NCBI GenBank assembly: GCA_951406725.2
Contig: OX597819.1
Location: forward strand, 66,340,001 to 66,404,000
Direction of reading: 5' to 3'
DNA: 64,000 nt
Source: Octopus vulgaris
Taxonomy: Eukaryota
In this document: positions 11,543-24,948 of the stretch, in pieces
How positions within the stretch are numbered: the first letter of the stretch is position 1
Layout of the letters: each line of letters starts with the position of its first letter
Position numbers and translations under genes: made by a program
Notes under the pieces: model-generated
Database searches by the model: none
The model's input: the letters and a program-made list of their open reading frames with translations, nothing else
What the model was told of the DNA's origin: nothing

Positions 11543-11759
11543 AATGTGTTGTTTGAATACCTCCTGTTCGAACGCGATATAAATAAATAAATAAAAATAT
11601 AGGAGAGGATGTAGTATAAAAGGTGCAAAGAAAGCGATCCCTTAAACAGGGTGTAGTATCTTCATACAGAGACATTTTTCTTGTAGTTATAGTTGTTCAG
11701 AGGAAGAAAGAGGATCCAGGATTTGATTTAGATATTGAGGCCAGATTATAATCTAATTA

Positions 11760-12419
11760 TTTCTTTATTGCCCACAAGGGGCTAATCATAGAGGGGACAA
11801 ACAAGGACAGACAAATGGATTAAGTCGATTACTTAATTTATCGACACCGAAAGGATGAAAGGCAAAGTCGACCTCGGCGTAATTTGAGCTCAGACGTAAC
11901 GGCAGACGAAATACTGCTAAGCATTTCGCCCGGAGTGTTAACGTTTCTGCCAGCGCGCCACCTTAGTCGACCTAGGCGGAATTTGGATTTAGAACGTAAC
12001 GGCAGACGAAATACCTATTTCTTTACTACCCACAAGGAGCTAAACACAGAAGGGACAAACAAGGAGAGACAAACGGATTAAATCGATTACATTCACTCCA
12101 GTGCGTAACTTGTACTTATTTAATCTACCCAAAAAGGATGAAAGGCAAAGTCGACCTCGGCGGAATTTGAACTCAGAACGTAGCGGCAGACGAAATACCT
12201 ATTTCTGCATTACCCACAAGGGGCTAAACACAGAGAAGAACAGACAAACGGATTAAGTCGATTACATCGACCCCAGTGCGTAACTGGTACTTAATTTATC
12301 GACTCCGAAAGGATAAAAGGCAAAGTCTACCTCGGCGGAATTTGAACTCAGAACGTAACGGCAGACGAAATACGGCTATGCATTTCGCCCGGCGTGCTTA
12401 ACGTTTCTGCCAGCTCGCC
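11760..12419 (-). mobile_element. Tandem multimer of SINE family 1 (~184-bp units)
   Basis: Four repeats of the core; identical junction gacgaaatacc|tatttc at ~12015 and ~12199. Confidence 0.85.
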
Positions 12420-12788
12420 AGAATATAATTTAAGTTATGATTGTTGAATTACTGCCAATCAGATATGAAGAAAAGAAAAAAATAAATCACAAACGCAAAG
12501 CACATTCATATTTTTGAGCCGCACGACGCAGAATTTTAACAAAGGCACGAAATTAAACTCTTCAAGCCGTTTAGAACCATGTTCTGCAATTTCTGGTACA
12601 CTTTCTCTTTACCTGACACTGGAAGAAATATGAAGAAATGCAAAATAACAGCTTCTGAAATTAATTACCAACTTTCAAATACTCAGTTTGATAGTTTTAA
12701 GAATCATCGCTATAAATAATTTATGTAAATGTTACATTAAGTCTTGGCTGATTCAGAATGTTCATACATAAATGAGTAAGTAGAGATC

Positions 12789-12809
12789 AATAATAATAAT
12801 AATAATAAC

Positions 12810-12841
<32 letters not shown>

Positions 12842-12953
12842 TAATAATGATAATAATGATAATAATGGTGATGATGATTATGGTGATGATGATATCGATC
12901 ATGACGATGATGATCACAACAAGAACAATATCAACAACAACATAATAATTATA

Positions 12954-12995
<42 letters not shown>

Positions 12996-13030
12996 ACGAT
13001 GGCGATGATTGTGATGACGATAATGATAAT
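12789..13030. repeat. (AAT)n/(GAT)n microsatellite
   Basis: Direct inspection. Confidence 0.85.
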
Positions 13031-13503
13031 ACACACGTCGATTCCAGTCACCATGGTGATATTAATTAATTTAATAATTAACAATTTAATCACATTTACT
13101 TATTTGTTTATTTATTCATTCGTTGCTATATAATTTCATTAATTGCAATACATTATATCGTTGTTCAGATAGTGTTGCGATAATGTTGCTATAATTTGAA
13201 TAATTAGAATGGTTTGTGAATATTATTAATAGCTTTGACAATGTTCTTCTTAATTACAACTTGCATAATTTCTCTTTTGTGTTGATAGTCTCTATCTCTC
13301 TCTTCCTCTGTCTCTCTCTCTTTTTATCTCTCTCTCTCGTTCTCTCTCTCTCTCTATCACTGCTTGTGTTTTCTCTATTTCTCTCAAATAAACAAACGCA
13401 CACTCGCACGCATTTACTTCCAGTGCATGTACATATATATATATATATATGTCTGTGTGTGTGTGTGCATGCATGGAATTTGTGCGTGTGTACGTATATA
13501 TAT

Positions 13504-13544
<41 letters not shown>

Positions 13545-13638
13545 TATATATATATGTGTGTGTGTATAAACATATATATATGCAAATATGTTTATATAAA
13601 TACATATATATACATATACATATATACAGACATACATA

Positions 13639-13670
<32 letters not shown>

Positions 13671-14575
13671 GTAGGCATTTGTGTATGTATATATTTATGT
13701 ATATGTTTATAAATATACACATGATATATGTACATGTGTGTGTGTGTGTGTGTTAAGACTCATACATAAACCGCAGGAAACAATGTAATTAGTCATAGCA
13801 AGGTATTTCTCATTAGGTATGATCAGGAAATATTCATAAAATTATAATTTGTTTGGATCTGCGCCATTAGCGTATTGAATGAAGAAAAACGGCAAATGCT
13901 AATATCTGACACACGACAATATGAATTAAATATAACCTATTTTATGTCGCAGCAATTTTTCCTCGATGTAATATAGTTTCGAGGACTATGCCCCTCCTCA
14001 GGCCGGGAGAAAAACACTGTCCTTTGTGAAGGACATATCGGAAGCATAAAGCCGTTGGGTTTAAATTTTTTAAATTTCTCTTGTTTCGAGTGTGTGTTAA
14101 GTAAAATTCCCTTGTTAATCGTACATAATACTTTACAAGTGTTTTTAATTTCACGTATCCGATCTGATTTCGTGGCCTCTAGTTAAGGTGTGTTTTGTCA
14201 TATTTTCGAAATGATACAAATCTCGGTTAAAAAATTGAGTTGACAATCCGTTTCGAAAATTATCAAATGTTGTGTACCTGTAATTTAATGGCGTAGCTTC
14301 GTTAATCTGAGTCACGCATACATTTATGCATATGTATGCATATATGTGTTTAGTTTACGTATGTTTGTGCTCGTATATGTATGTATATGTTGGTATAAGA
14401 GACAGGTAGAGTATAATATACAACCTAGTTTACTTGTGACAGGAATGAGTAAATGTAATTGCTCGAAATACCAGGTAAGAAAGAACAAATGCATTAGAGG
14501 AGCAGAAAAATAATGGACAGTTCATATAAAATTAGGAATATAAAATGTAACGTAACAGGGTGTATTGGAGCGAAA

Positions 14576-14880
14576 GTTTGTTCCTTCTCGAGCCATGTCT
14601 GGCTCATAAGGTCCGGTTTCCCGGTTTCCTTGGCGTATAGGTTCCCCACGTGAACGGGACGCCGGTCCGTCGCAGGTGAGCTTCAAGATGTAGGAAGAAA
14701 GAGTGAGAGAAAGTTGTGGCGAAAGAGTCAGCAGAAGTTCGCCGTTACCTTCTGCCGGAGCCGCGTGGAGCACAGGTGTTTTGTTCATAAAAAACACACA
14801 TCGCCCGGTGTGAGATTCGAACCCGCGATCCCTCGACCGCGAGTCTGCTGCTCTAACCACTAGCTCATGTGCCTCCACAT
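14576..14880 (-). mobile_element. SINE family 3 (tRNA head + V/Meta-like domain)
   Basis: Reverse complement head gtggaggcacatgagctagtggttagagc...gggttcgaatc; cctgcgacggaccggcgtcccgt core; close copy at 17591-17888. Confidence 0.85.
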
Positions 14881-15101
14881 CGGAGTGAAAGAGGCATGTG
14901 AAAATAAAAGATATTTGGAGGTGTTTCTACTCCTGTACTACAGCTCACGTTAATGAATACAATAAGTTTTATGTTAAGATGTGTTTTAATTTCGAGGTGT
15001 GTGAATGTAAGTAAATAAAGTGTAAGGTTTTTGTGGTTATACAACTGGCGACCAATAGCGAGAAAAAGATGCAGATTGAATTAATTATAATGAGAGATAT
15101 A

Positions 15102-15861
15102 CAGGCTGCGGCAAAATGGTCTTACACATTTGTAGGTTTAATAAAAGTAAAATAGAGTAAAGAACGAAAATGTGTTTTTAGTTTCGCAATGTACATATAA
15201 TGCCATTTTGCTTCCATAGGTGCAATTTGTGACATTTTGTTTCATTTCACCTTCAGTTGCCAACATGGATTGGACGGTTGAGCATCACGCTTTCATTGTG
15301 GAAACGTTTATCAAAAACAACGAATCCGTAACAGCAACACGAAGAGCGTCCCGGTGCACTTAAGGCTAAGGTAGACGTGATCCCGTACCTACTCTTTTGG
15401 GGTCCTTACTTCTTTCGATGTTGCGTGAGGCTAGAGACTTTTATGAAACCAAAATTGAATGAACTCGATAGGGATAATGTTTGGTGTCAACAGGATGTGG
15501 CAACAGCCCACACTACTCGGCGTGCGATGGGGATTTTGAGGGAGATCTACCCCGGTCATTTGATCTCATTGCGCGGTGACATCCGTTAGCCCTCCTGATC
15601 ACTTGATTTGAACCCGTGCAATTCTTTCTTCTGTAGGAGTACATGAAATCAGAAGTATACACTCATCGCCCTCAATCTACTGAACAATCAAAAGATGCCA
15701 TTCGTCAAGAAATTTCTTCCATTCCACATGAAATTCTTAAAACCAAATGAAACAAAATGGCATTATATGTACATTTCGTATATGAAAACGTGGTTTTCGT
15801 TCTTTACTCTATTTCGTTTTATTAAACTTATAAATATGTCAGATCATTTTGCCGCACTCTG
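15102..15861 (+). mobile_element. Deleted Tc1/mariner element (DUF4817-type N-terminus, maT/rosa-like)
   Basis: Imperfect ~30-bp TIRs caggctgcggcaaaatggtc/gatcattttgccgcactctg with TA flanks. Remnants MDWTVEHHAFIVETF...SVTAT and WCQQDVATAHT...ISLRGD...DLNPC. Confidence 0.85.
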
Positions 15862-16227
15862 TATCATTGTCAGAAGGTCACGTTAGAATTTATAATACGT
15901 TCTTAGTATATGTACATAAGCAGAAATTTGTGGAGGAGGTTGGTAGCCTATACACTTTATCTAAATACTTGACTGGTTTTCTAGTTTATTGATACCGAGT
16001 AATGTAAAACAAATTTGACACTTGCGGATTTTGAGCTCAGAATGTAAATGTTCAAACATATGTTGCAAGACGCCTTTGTTAGGACTAATTATGTTGCATT
16101 GGTTATTAAAGGAATGCGTTTTAAAGATTGTTAAGTTCTTATGAGAAAAAAATCCAAATAATAAAAAATGTTACGTTTATATATTTGTTTTGCATGATTT
16201 TTGATATGAAATTGTGTGTTGAAACAT

Positions 16228-16517
16228 ATATTGTTGTATTTAGGAATGGTCATTTTGCCAGTTTAGCTATTTCCCCCAACACACACACTAACTAAACATA
16301 GAGGCACATAGAGATATATGCATGCGCAAATGAAGACACATACAATAGAAATACAAAATGGCTGACGGTTAATAAGGAGAGACACACAAATAAGATGGCC
16401 GAATAAGATTAAGATTAATGTAAAAAATAAATAACGCTGAAGCAAAGTAACACCAAATATATAGTGCGTTTTTATTGGCTAAACTGGCAAAATGACCATT
16501 CCTAAATACAACAATAT
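16228..16517. repeat. Perfect 40-bp inverted repeat, 210-bp spacer
   Basis: atattgttgtatttaggaatggtcattttgccagtttagc (16228-16267) equals the reverse complement of 16478-16517. Confidence 0.8.
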
Positions 16518-17590
16518 TAAAAAATGTGTAAAATGAGAAAAAATGAAGGAAAAAATACAAACTGGTTTTAGTATAATGCGTATAGTAGAATAGAAAGGAG
16601 AAAAGGTAAGTATAATGATATAAAGGGATGTCTGCATGAAATAAATTTTTGAAGGAAAAAGGGAAAAAAGAATGGAATAATCAGTGAGACAAAACAAAAA
16701 CGTGTTTAATGAAAGATGATGCAGAAAACACATTGTAAGAAAAATATTGCGTAAAAAATAGATTACGCAAAGAAGTTGTAAGACACGACAGGCATATTAT
16801 GAGGGTGCTTAAATAAATGTATAGTGTAATATAAAATAAAGCGAAAACTACCGCAAGATTCGGTAGATAAATTCAAGTATTTTTTCCACGTAAAAATTAT
16901 ACCGATTGTTAACAGCTTTCTGTCATATGTCAAATGAGTTGCCAGCGAGCCTTCGGCACTTGGTTTTTGTTAGGATGGAAGACTACTAATATACGTTAGA
17001 TATCTGTAGATCTTCAAAGAAGTTCTAAAAGAAATTTGAAAACAAGTATTTCAAAGAAATTTCACGCAAAAAGTTTATTCAGTACCTAAGAAAGATACAT
17101 TTCTTTTCCTTCTTTTTATTGAAAGCATTTTGAAACTAGGTTATTCGTTTACTTCAACAAGTTGACAGGAATCGTCAGGATGAAAGAGTTTTCAGTGGTG
17201 CATATACATTGTGATCTAGATGCTCTAGAAATTTATTTTAGCTAAATACACTTTGTCAAAGTAACTCAAAGCATTGATGTGAAGCTTAAGATCTAGAGGG
17301 CAATTTCATTTACTGACGAATGCAATTTAGAGCATCCATAATTTACTTTTCTGTCGTAGGAAACGCAATTCATCATATTGATCACGCAGCTGTAGATAAC
17401 TTTCAAAGTATTCCTGTTAAATAATTTGTAATACCTCTCACGAAAAGAGAAATGCCCTTGTACCCATGTTATTAATGCTTCGTAAATATTGGATGAACCA
17501 CTTAGATTACAGAGCAGATTAAATCAGATGGCATTGTGCTTTGTTAGCAAACAATATTTGCTCAAGCGATGCTCTTGTTTGTTGTTGTTT

Positions 17591-17888
17591 GTTACTTCTC
17601 AAGCCATGCCTGGCTCATAAGGGCCGGTTTCCCGGTTTCTTGGCGTATAGGTTCCCCACCTGGACGGGACGCCGGTCCGTCGCAGGTGAGCTGCAAGATG
17701 CAGGAGGAAAGAGTGAGAGAAAGTTGTGGCGAAAGAGTCAGCAGAAGTTCACCGTTGCCTTCTGCCGGAGCCACGTGGAGCTTAGGTGTTTCGCCCGTAA
17801 ACACACACATCGCCCGGTCTAAGATTCGAACCCACGATCCATCGACCGTATGTGCGCTGCTCTAACTACTAGGCCATGTGCCTCCACA
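17591..17888 (-). mobile_element. SINE family 3
   Basis: Near-identical to 14576-14880. Confidence 0.85.
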
Positions 17889-18399
17889 GCGATGCTCTAG
17901 TATGTATCATATTATTTTCCTTTGTGGCACCCACAAATTTTCAAGATAAAGGGCAACATGATAAAAAATCATTCCTTGGTCTGACAACATATGAGAGGGG
18001 CCCAATGTTTATCAATGTTTTTCGAGATATTTTCTTACTGACAAATTTAAGCGTAATTCATTTTAGGTCTGACTGTTTCTCCATTATACTCCATTATCGA
18101 TAGTCTTAATATAACCATCAGAGTTTAGGATGTTACAATTTACAAGCTGTCTTTAATATATTAGCATATTTTATGAGTACATTGCACCTTAATTCAGAGC
18201 CTGCTAATGGATTGATTAGTTGCGTGAACTTCGAAATATACACGTAAAAGCTGACGTTCATTTGCTACTGTTATATTTTGGACATGGAAACATGACAAGG
18301 CTTATAGGTTTAATCACTAGCCCCCATAAGCAGATATATACATACACACACACACATAGACCTATAAATACATAATACATACATATGGCATATATGTAT

Positions 18400-18730
18400 A
18401 TGCCACTGGATAACTATGAGACCACAGATACAACTAACTTATATTCTTCATCCACATCACAACGGACTTAACGAACTGTGAACCTAACTAGAATGTAGGA
18501 CACTCGAATCTTTAATCGTCTCTTTTCCGATGTAACCCTTGATCTTTCGCTCTTCTTTTCTCTACCTCTGACTGCTTTGTTCTGACGATGTCTAAGATGC
18601 AAATATATAAATATATATTTTACTCACCATGGCAAGCAGAAACGATCGGAAACAATTTCACTCTCATTCTAATCAAATAATGGCTTACTAGCGCAAAAGC
18701 CACACTTCAGTTTGTTATTTTACTTCCAGT
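18400..18730 (+). mobile_element. Probable PLE 3' tail with a decayed HHR, in (TA)n
   Basis: ttgttCTGACGAtg...caGAAACgatcggaaacaa at ~18577-18655; TA flanks. Confidence 0.35.
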
Positions 18731-18746
18731 TATATATATATAAATA

Positions 18747-20078
18747 CACTGGTGGGCACTGTTCCGCTAATCTTCTAACAGATAATTAGCGAAGTTAACT
18801 TTCTGTTTAGCAGATTAGCGTTTTTGTTACTTTGGAAACCGTTAGCCTCCGCTAACTTTAAGTCCGCTAACAAAATTCAGATGTTTGTTCATGTCTTTTC
18901 TCGGTGTATCTCGAAGAGTTCGTCAAGCATGCTATTGGCTGAGTAGACTTTCACTGAACCTGCTATCGGTTTCCCGGAGGAACACGCTCAGGTGATGTCT
19001 AATGTTGTCAAGACTTTGGATAAATTCAAGGTGGAGGACCACGCCTAGATCGGGAGCCTTCTGCCAACTGTAGCCGCTACCATCAAAAAGTTGAAGGAAG
19101 CCAAGTTCAAACATCACCTATACCGCGGTCTTCTGGCAGATGCGATGCTGGCAGACACCACGAAAATATTTGGGCTCCTCTTAGAAGACCTGGAGTACCA
19201 GATAGCCGCTGCCTTTCACCCCCCAGTTTCACCTGTTCTGGCTGGAGCAGTATAATAACAGCCAGGTTAGCAGAGTAACGGACGCCTTGAAGACCGTCGT
19301 ATAGGGCAGCTCTAACGGAGATCAGTAAGGTGGGCTGTAGCACCACCAGCAATTAGGATGCGGAAGATGATTTCTTCAGCAACATCACTCGGTTCTGGGA
19401 GAACAGAAGCCACAGGTCACAGGAGTTTAAGGCCCAGAACTTGGTGAAGATCTGGTTGGCGGCCGTCTCGAAGGAGGTCCTGACTTCAATCATCTTAATG
19501 GGCGAACAGGTCGATCAAGACCTGTTCACCAAGTAAAACACCGCCATCCCATCCAGTAACGCAGTCGAAAGCCTATTCTCTATAGGCAAAAATATTTTGA
19601 GGGCCAGGAGAGCCACCCTGTCAGATGGTAACTTTGAGAGGCTGATGTTTATGGAGGGCAACCAGCATCATGTCGAGGCGAAGGAGGAGGCCCAACCAGA
19701 GTAGTACACTTTGATCATCATCTGATCTTGGCATGATACCTATGCTATACTATACCTTATTTATTCGTTTAATAATATTGTACAGTAAATAAAATGTAAG
19801 CTAACAGAAAAACAAATCTTTAATTTCATTTGTTCACTTAATTATTTGGTACTCACCTCGCCTTGGCATTGAAAAGCTCTATGTCTAAAGAACAACCTGA
19901 AAATTTCGACTATTTAAGTCTGTTTTAAAGGGGCTTAGAGCCAAAAATCTAAACCGAAACTAAATTCATATGATAAAAGTTAGCGTTTGATTCCGATAAT
20001 TGCTTGACCTGTTTAGCAGAGTAACATTTGCGAACCAATCTTTCTTAGGTTGCGAGCAGATTAGCTGTACCCACCACT
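18747..20078 (+). mobile_element. hAT DNA transposon, internally deleted
   Basis: Termini cactggtgggcac/gtacccaccact; repeated gctaa/ttagc subterminal motifs; hAT dimerisation domain LFTK*NTAIPSSNAVESLFSIGKNILRARRATLSDGNFERLMFM at ~19522-19655. Confidence 0.85.
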
Positions 20079-20315
20079 TATAGATATATATATACGTATG
20101 TATATATATATATATATAATAACGGTAGAAAATTTAGAAAAAGTTTCATACCGGCGGCTGGCATGCGTAATCAAGTCAAGAGAGATTTTCTTACGTAATA
20201 GTGTACAAACAATTTATGTTTTATACAAGAAAGAGGTGACTTTTAACAGAAAACTTTTCATGCTAGAAAGGGCAGTTAAAGCCTAAACCACGAATAACAG
20301 CATTTTCAAAGGGAC

Positions 20316-20389
<74 letters not shown>

Positions 20390-20607
20390 TATACATACAT
20401 ATATATGGAGATATGTACATATATGTATGTATATATGCATATATATTTATATATTATTTATATTTTTATATGATCGAACGCCACACATCCTTTTCCAAGT
20501 TATATATATATACATATATATATATATATAGTGTACTGTTCCATAATTTTAAAATTAATATATATGTATATACGTAATTATGAGCATAAAAGTGTAAGCA
20601 TACACAC

Positions 20608-20655
<48 letters not shown>

Positions 20656-21122
20656 CAAACAGTACCAGCAAAGTATGCATGTATAGATATTTTTTATAGA
20701 TATTATGCAAGTTTATCTATGTTAATGCACAGATTTACACACGCACTGACAAACATGAAACCCCCCCACACATATATATATATATGTACCAACATAAATT
20801 CAAATATATATAGGTATTAAAATACAAAAACATTCTAATGCACCACGCGCTCACGCGTAGTTACGTTAATAGATATGTTTAATATATCAAGATCTGACAG
20901 AGTGATCTCTTGAACATTGAAATATTTTCAAACAGTAAATTATATTTCTTCGTAGGAACTTCTATAATATTACGAATGTTATCTAAATGTTTATAACTAT
21001 CATTACGCAAAAGATTTTTCACCTATTGTAATTACATATCTTAAATGGCATATATTCTTAGTGCGCTCAAACACAAACAGCAGGTATAATACTCACACAC
21101 ACAGACACACACAAACACATAT

Positions 21123-21257
21123 TTTCTTTATTCGTGAAGAAGGTTTACCATAGATTTCATGTTAAGAAAATTAGGAAGATATCCGAGTGTCTTCACAAGT
21201 TTTTCCTAATTTTCTTAAGATGAATCCAATGGTAGACTTATTTCACAAATAAAGAAA
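21123..21257. repeat. Imperfect ~57-bp-arm palindrome (old MITE or hairpin)
   Basis: tttctttattcgtgaag...ttaagaaaattaggaa versus ttcctaattttcttaa...ttcacaaataaagaaa. Confidence 0.7.
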
Positions 21258-21318
21258 TTGAAGCCAACAATGCGGTATTGAGCGCTCATTTTATCGTTGG
21301 ACATACATATATAAATAC

Positions 21319-21361
<43 letters not shown>

Positions 21362-21364
<3 letters not shown>

Positions 21365-21520
21365 ACAGGAGTGACTGTGTGGTAGTAGCTTGCTTCCCAA
21401 CCACAATTTTCCGGGCTGAGCCCCACAGCGTGACACCTTGCGCAAGTGTCTTCTACTATAGCCTCGGCCGAACAAGGGTTTTAGAATTGATTTGATAGAC
21501 GGAAACTGAAAGAAGACCAT
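21362..21520 (+). mobile_element. SINE family 2, 5' half
   Basis: ggagtgactgtgtggta...gacggaaactgaaagaag. Confidence 0.8.
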
Positions 21521-21548
21521 CCTGCATATATATATGTTTATGCGTATG

Positions 21549-21590
<42 letters not shown>

Positions 21591-22496
21591 TACCTACATA
21601 CACACACACACACATATATATATATTTATATATATATGTATGTATATGTATACGCACACACATATATATCTACGTATGTATAAATGTATGTATGTATATA
21701 TATGTTGTGCGCGTGCGCCATTGTGTGTGTGTGTGCATGCAAATGAGTAGACATAAATGTTTGGTTTTCAACACATATTGGTTGGAGCGATATATATATA
21801 TATATATAGTTTCAACATTTTGTGTCACATTCCCATGACTGAAAGATCTGTTGATGCATAAGTCCATGCATCTCATAAAGTGTTCAGAGAGCTGTAATTT
21901 GAAGCAAATTCAAGATGGCTTCTAGCTGTTAGGCTTCTTTTGGTGCGTTCCAGCCAAGTGGTAGGAATATGTTTAGAAAATGACCGCAAATAAATTTTTA
22001 GAACTTCTAGGTAAACATATTAAAATTCATTGGATTCTGCCCCATACATAGCAAGGATCGTTTGGAATTCAGGAATAAGAATTCATATTTTATTTCGAAT
22101 ATCTTTTTTAGTCTTATCTCCAAAGTGTCAATAGTATTAACTCTCACTTCGTCTATTACCAGGACGTGTTTTCCCGTTCGTGAAATTAACGTGCAAGTGA
22201 CTAAGCGTCCACAGACACGCATAACTAAGGCTCGCTCCTTGAAATACAGACTGGAGCAACGTGAAATAAAGTGTCTTGCTCAAAGACTCAACGAAGCGCC
22301 TGATTTTGAATTCACGACCTAAGAATCATGTGTGGAATACTCTACTCACTTCGTCACACACCTTCACACTATTAACATCTTGTATCTCATTGTACACAGC
22401 AGGTAATTTCAATCAGTATACATTTAGAATTGTACAGAGACAGTAAGGTGTCAAATGGCTTTGTAGGTCTATAAATGTCTACCAAATAGGTTCCTA

Positions 22497-22923
22497 TAGG
22501 ATGTGTGGTAAGTAGTTTGGTTACCAACCACATGGTACCTTGGGCAAATGTCTTCTAATATAGCCTCGGGCCGACTAAAACCTTGTGAGTGGATTTGGTA
22601 GACGGAAACTGAAAGAAGCCCGTCGTATATACCTATTTTATTCATAAAGTATTGGAATCTTGCATGTATACCATTTTGCCTAAGTAATGGATCTACAAAT
22701 TCAATATCCCTACATATCTCACATCTATTTTCTTTCCTCCACCTCACTCTCTATTTTGTATCCTATCTAAATTAACTGTTACTTAACTATTCTCTCACAC
22801 CGTCTTCGATGAAGGGATATAATTAATATCCTGGAAACGGCTGTAAGATCCAGCTATAAATGTTCTAAAATCTACTCAGCCTTGTTTTCTTTTATCTCGT
22901 TACGAATCAGAGATTTATTATTG

Positions 22924-22984
<61 letters not shown>

Positions 22985-23190
22985 CAATATATATATATAT
23001 ATATATTTATATTAATATATATATGTGTGTGTCTGTCTGTCCCCCTACCATCGCTTGACAAGCGATGCAGGTATGTGTACGTCCCCGTAACATAGCGGTT
23101 CGGCAAAAGATACAGATAGAATAGGAAAAAGCTTACAAATAATTCCAAGGCGGCAGTGAAATGACTGAAACAAGTAAAAGAGTAAAAGAA
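22497..23190 (+). mobile_element. SINE family 2 split by a PLE-tail insertion (~22630-22925) in its internal TA tract
   Basis: 5' half 22497-22626 and 3' half 23030-23190; the insert carries a degenerate HHR at 22802-22849. Confidence 0.7.
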
Positions 23191-23664
23191 TATCTACCCC
23201 ACCTTTCTCTGATATATATTGTTCGCATGTATTCTGGAAAATATCAGGAACATTTGTCACCCAAGTCACAAAGGGATTATGATGATCATGGGTCGTACTC
23301 CAGTTTCGTTCACCATATTATAAGAAACCATTGCAGTCCTTCTAGAACGTGTTAATAAAACATTCACAATGGTTCCAGTGTTGTCAGCCGTTCAAAGCCG
23401 TACGACGCTTCGAGCATGTCGCATCAATTACTTGATTGGTGGACTACGTCTTTTAAGATGTAAGTCAATAAAAGATGAATATAGATACCTCACATCTCAT
23501 TCGTAGTTCAAATGGCTGCAGTGTTGATTAAGTAATTACTAAATATTGGAGAATTTTGCAGAACAAAAGAATTGTCTTCCTTGTGTCTTCGTCGCACCAG
23601 TACCATTCTCTCTCATTCTTCCTTCTCTTCTCGCTCTCTCGACATACATAAACGCATTCATGCT

Positions 23665-23696
<32 letters not shown>

Positions 23697-23850
23697 TATA
23701 TGTTTATATATACATACATATACATATGTATATATAAACATATATATATATATGCGTATATGCATTTATAAATACATATATGTATATATATATATATTCA
23801 TATATATGCATATATATATACGTATATAAATACATATATGCATATATTTA

Positions 23851-23895
<45 letters not shown>

Positions 23896-24407
23896 GTATG
23901 CATATGTATACATTCATATATAAATACATATATGATATATATATATGTATATATATACACACAAACACACACACATACACAAGCGCACATATTTTGAGAG
24001 AGAGAGAGAGGGAGGGAGATAGATGCATACGTGGATACATACATATGCATAGGTACATGTGTGTGTATGTGCGTGTGCGTGTGTGTGAGTGCACGTGTGA
24101 GCGTATGTGTGCGTGTACGTGTAAGTGTGCATGTGTGTTCGTGCGTGTGTAGTGAAACTGTGACTATTGGTATAAGACAAAAGTTTGATGTTAGAAATAA
24201 CGGTGGTCGTCTTACGGTGAAGTATGTCACTATTTACTTCTCGTTTGAGATATTCAAAATATCTGACCACTACTAATGAATATTAATGGTTCACAAACCA
24301 TCTTACTTATTATCAAATTATTCAGACTAATTCTTCGGCTTCAGTTGCAGTGATAATCAAATAAACGCAGCAATGTTTAATGTCTTCCTCTTAAAAATGG
24401 ACACAGT

Positions 24408-24507
<100 letters not shown>

Positions 24508-24584
24508 GTATATATATATATACATATATATATATGATGTATATATATATACAATACATATGTATACATATATATATATATATA

Positions 24585-24639
<55 letters not shown>

Positions 24640-24851
24640 ATACATATATATACATATATATATTCACACATGTATATAAATGTATATAGATACTATAAGT
24701 GTATATATGTGTGTGTATGCTTGTGTGCTTTTGCGTGTGTAATATATAGATATGTCTATGTTAAATATATATTTATATCTTGTAATATAATTACACACAT
24801 ATATATATATAATTATGTTTATTATATATAAATATGTCTTTCTCATCTATG

Positions 24852-24900
<49 letters not shown>

Positions 24901-24906
24901 ACCTAC

Positions 24907-24948
<42 letters not shown>

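Noticed and set aside
17040-17240. Possible hAT C-terminal remnant
   Set aside because: Too degenerate to support without a search.
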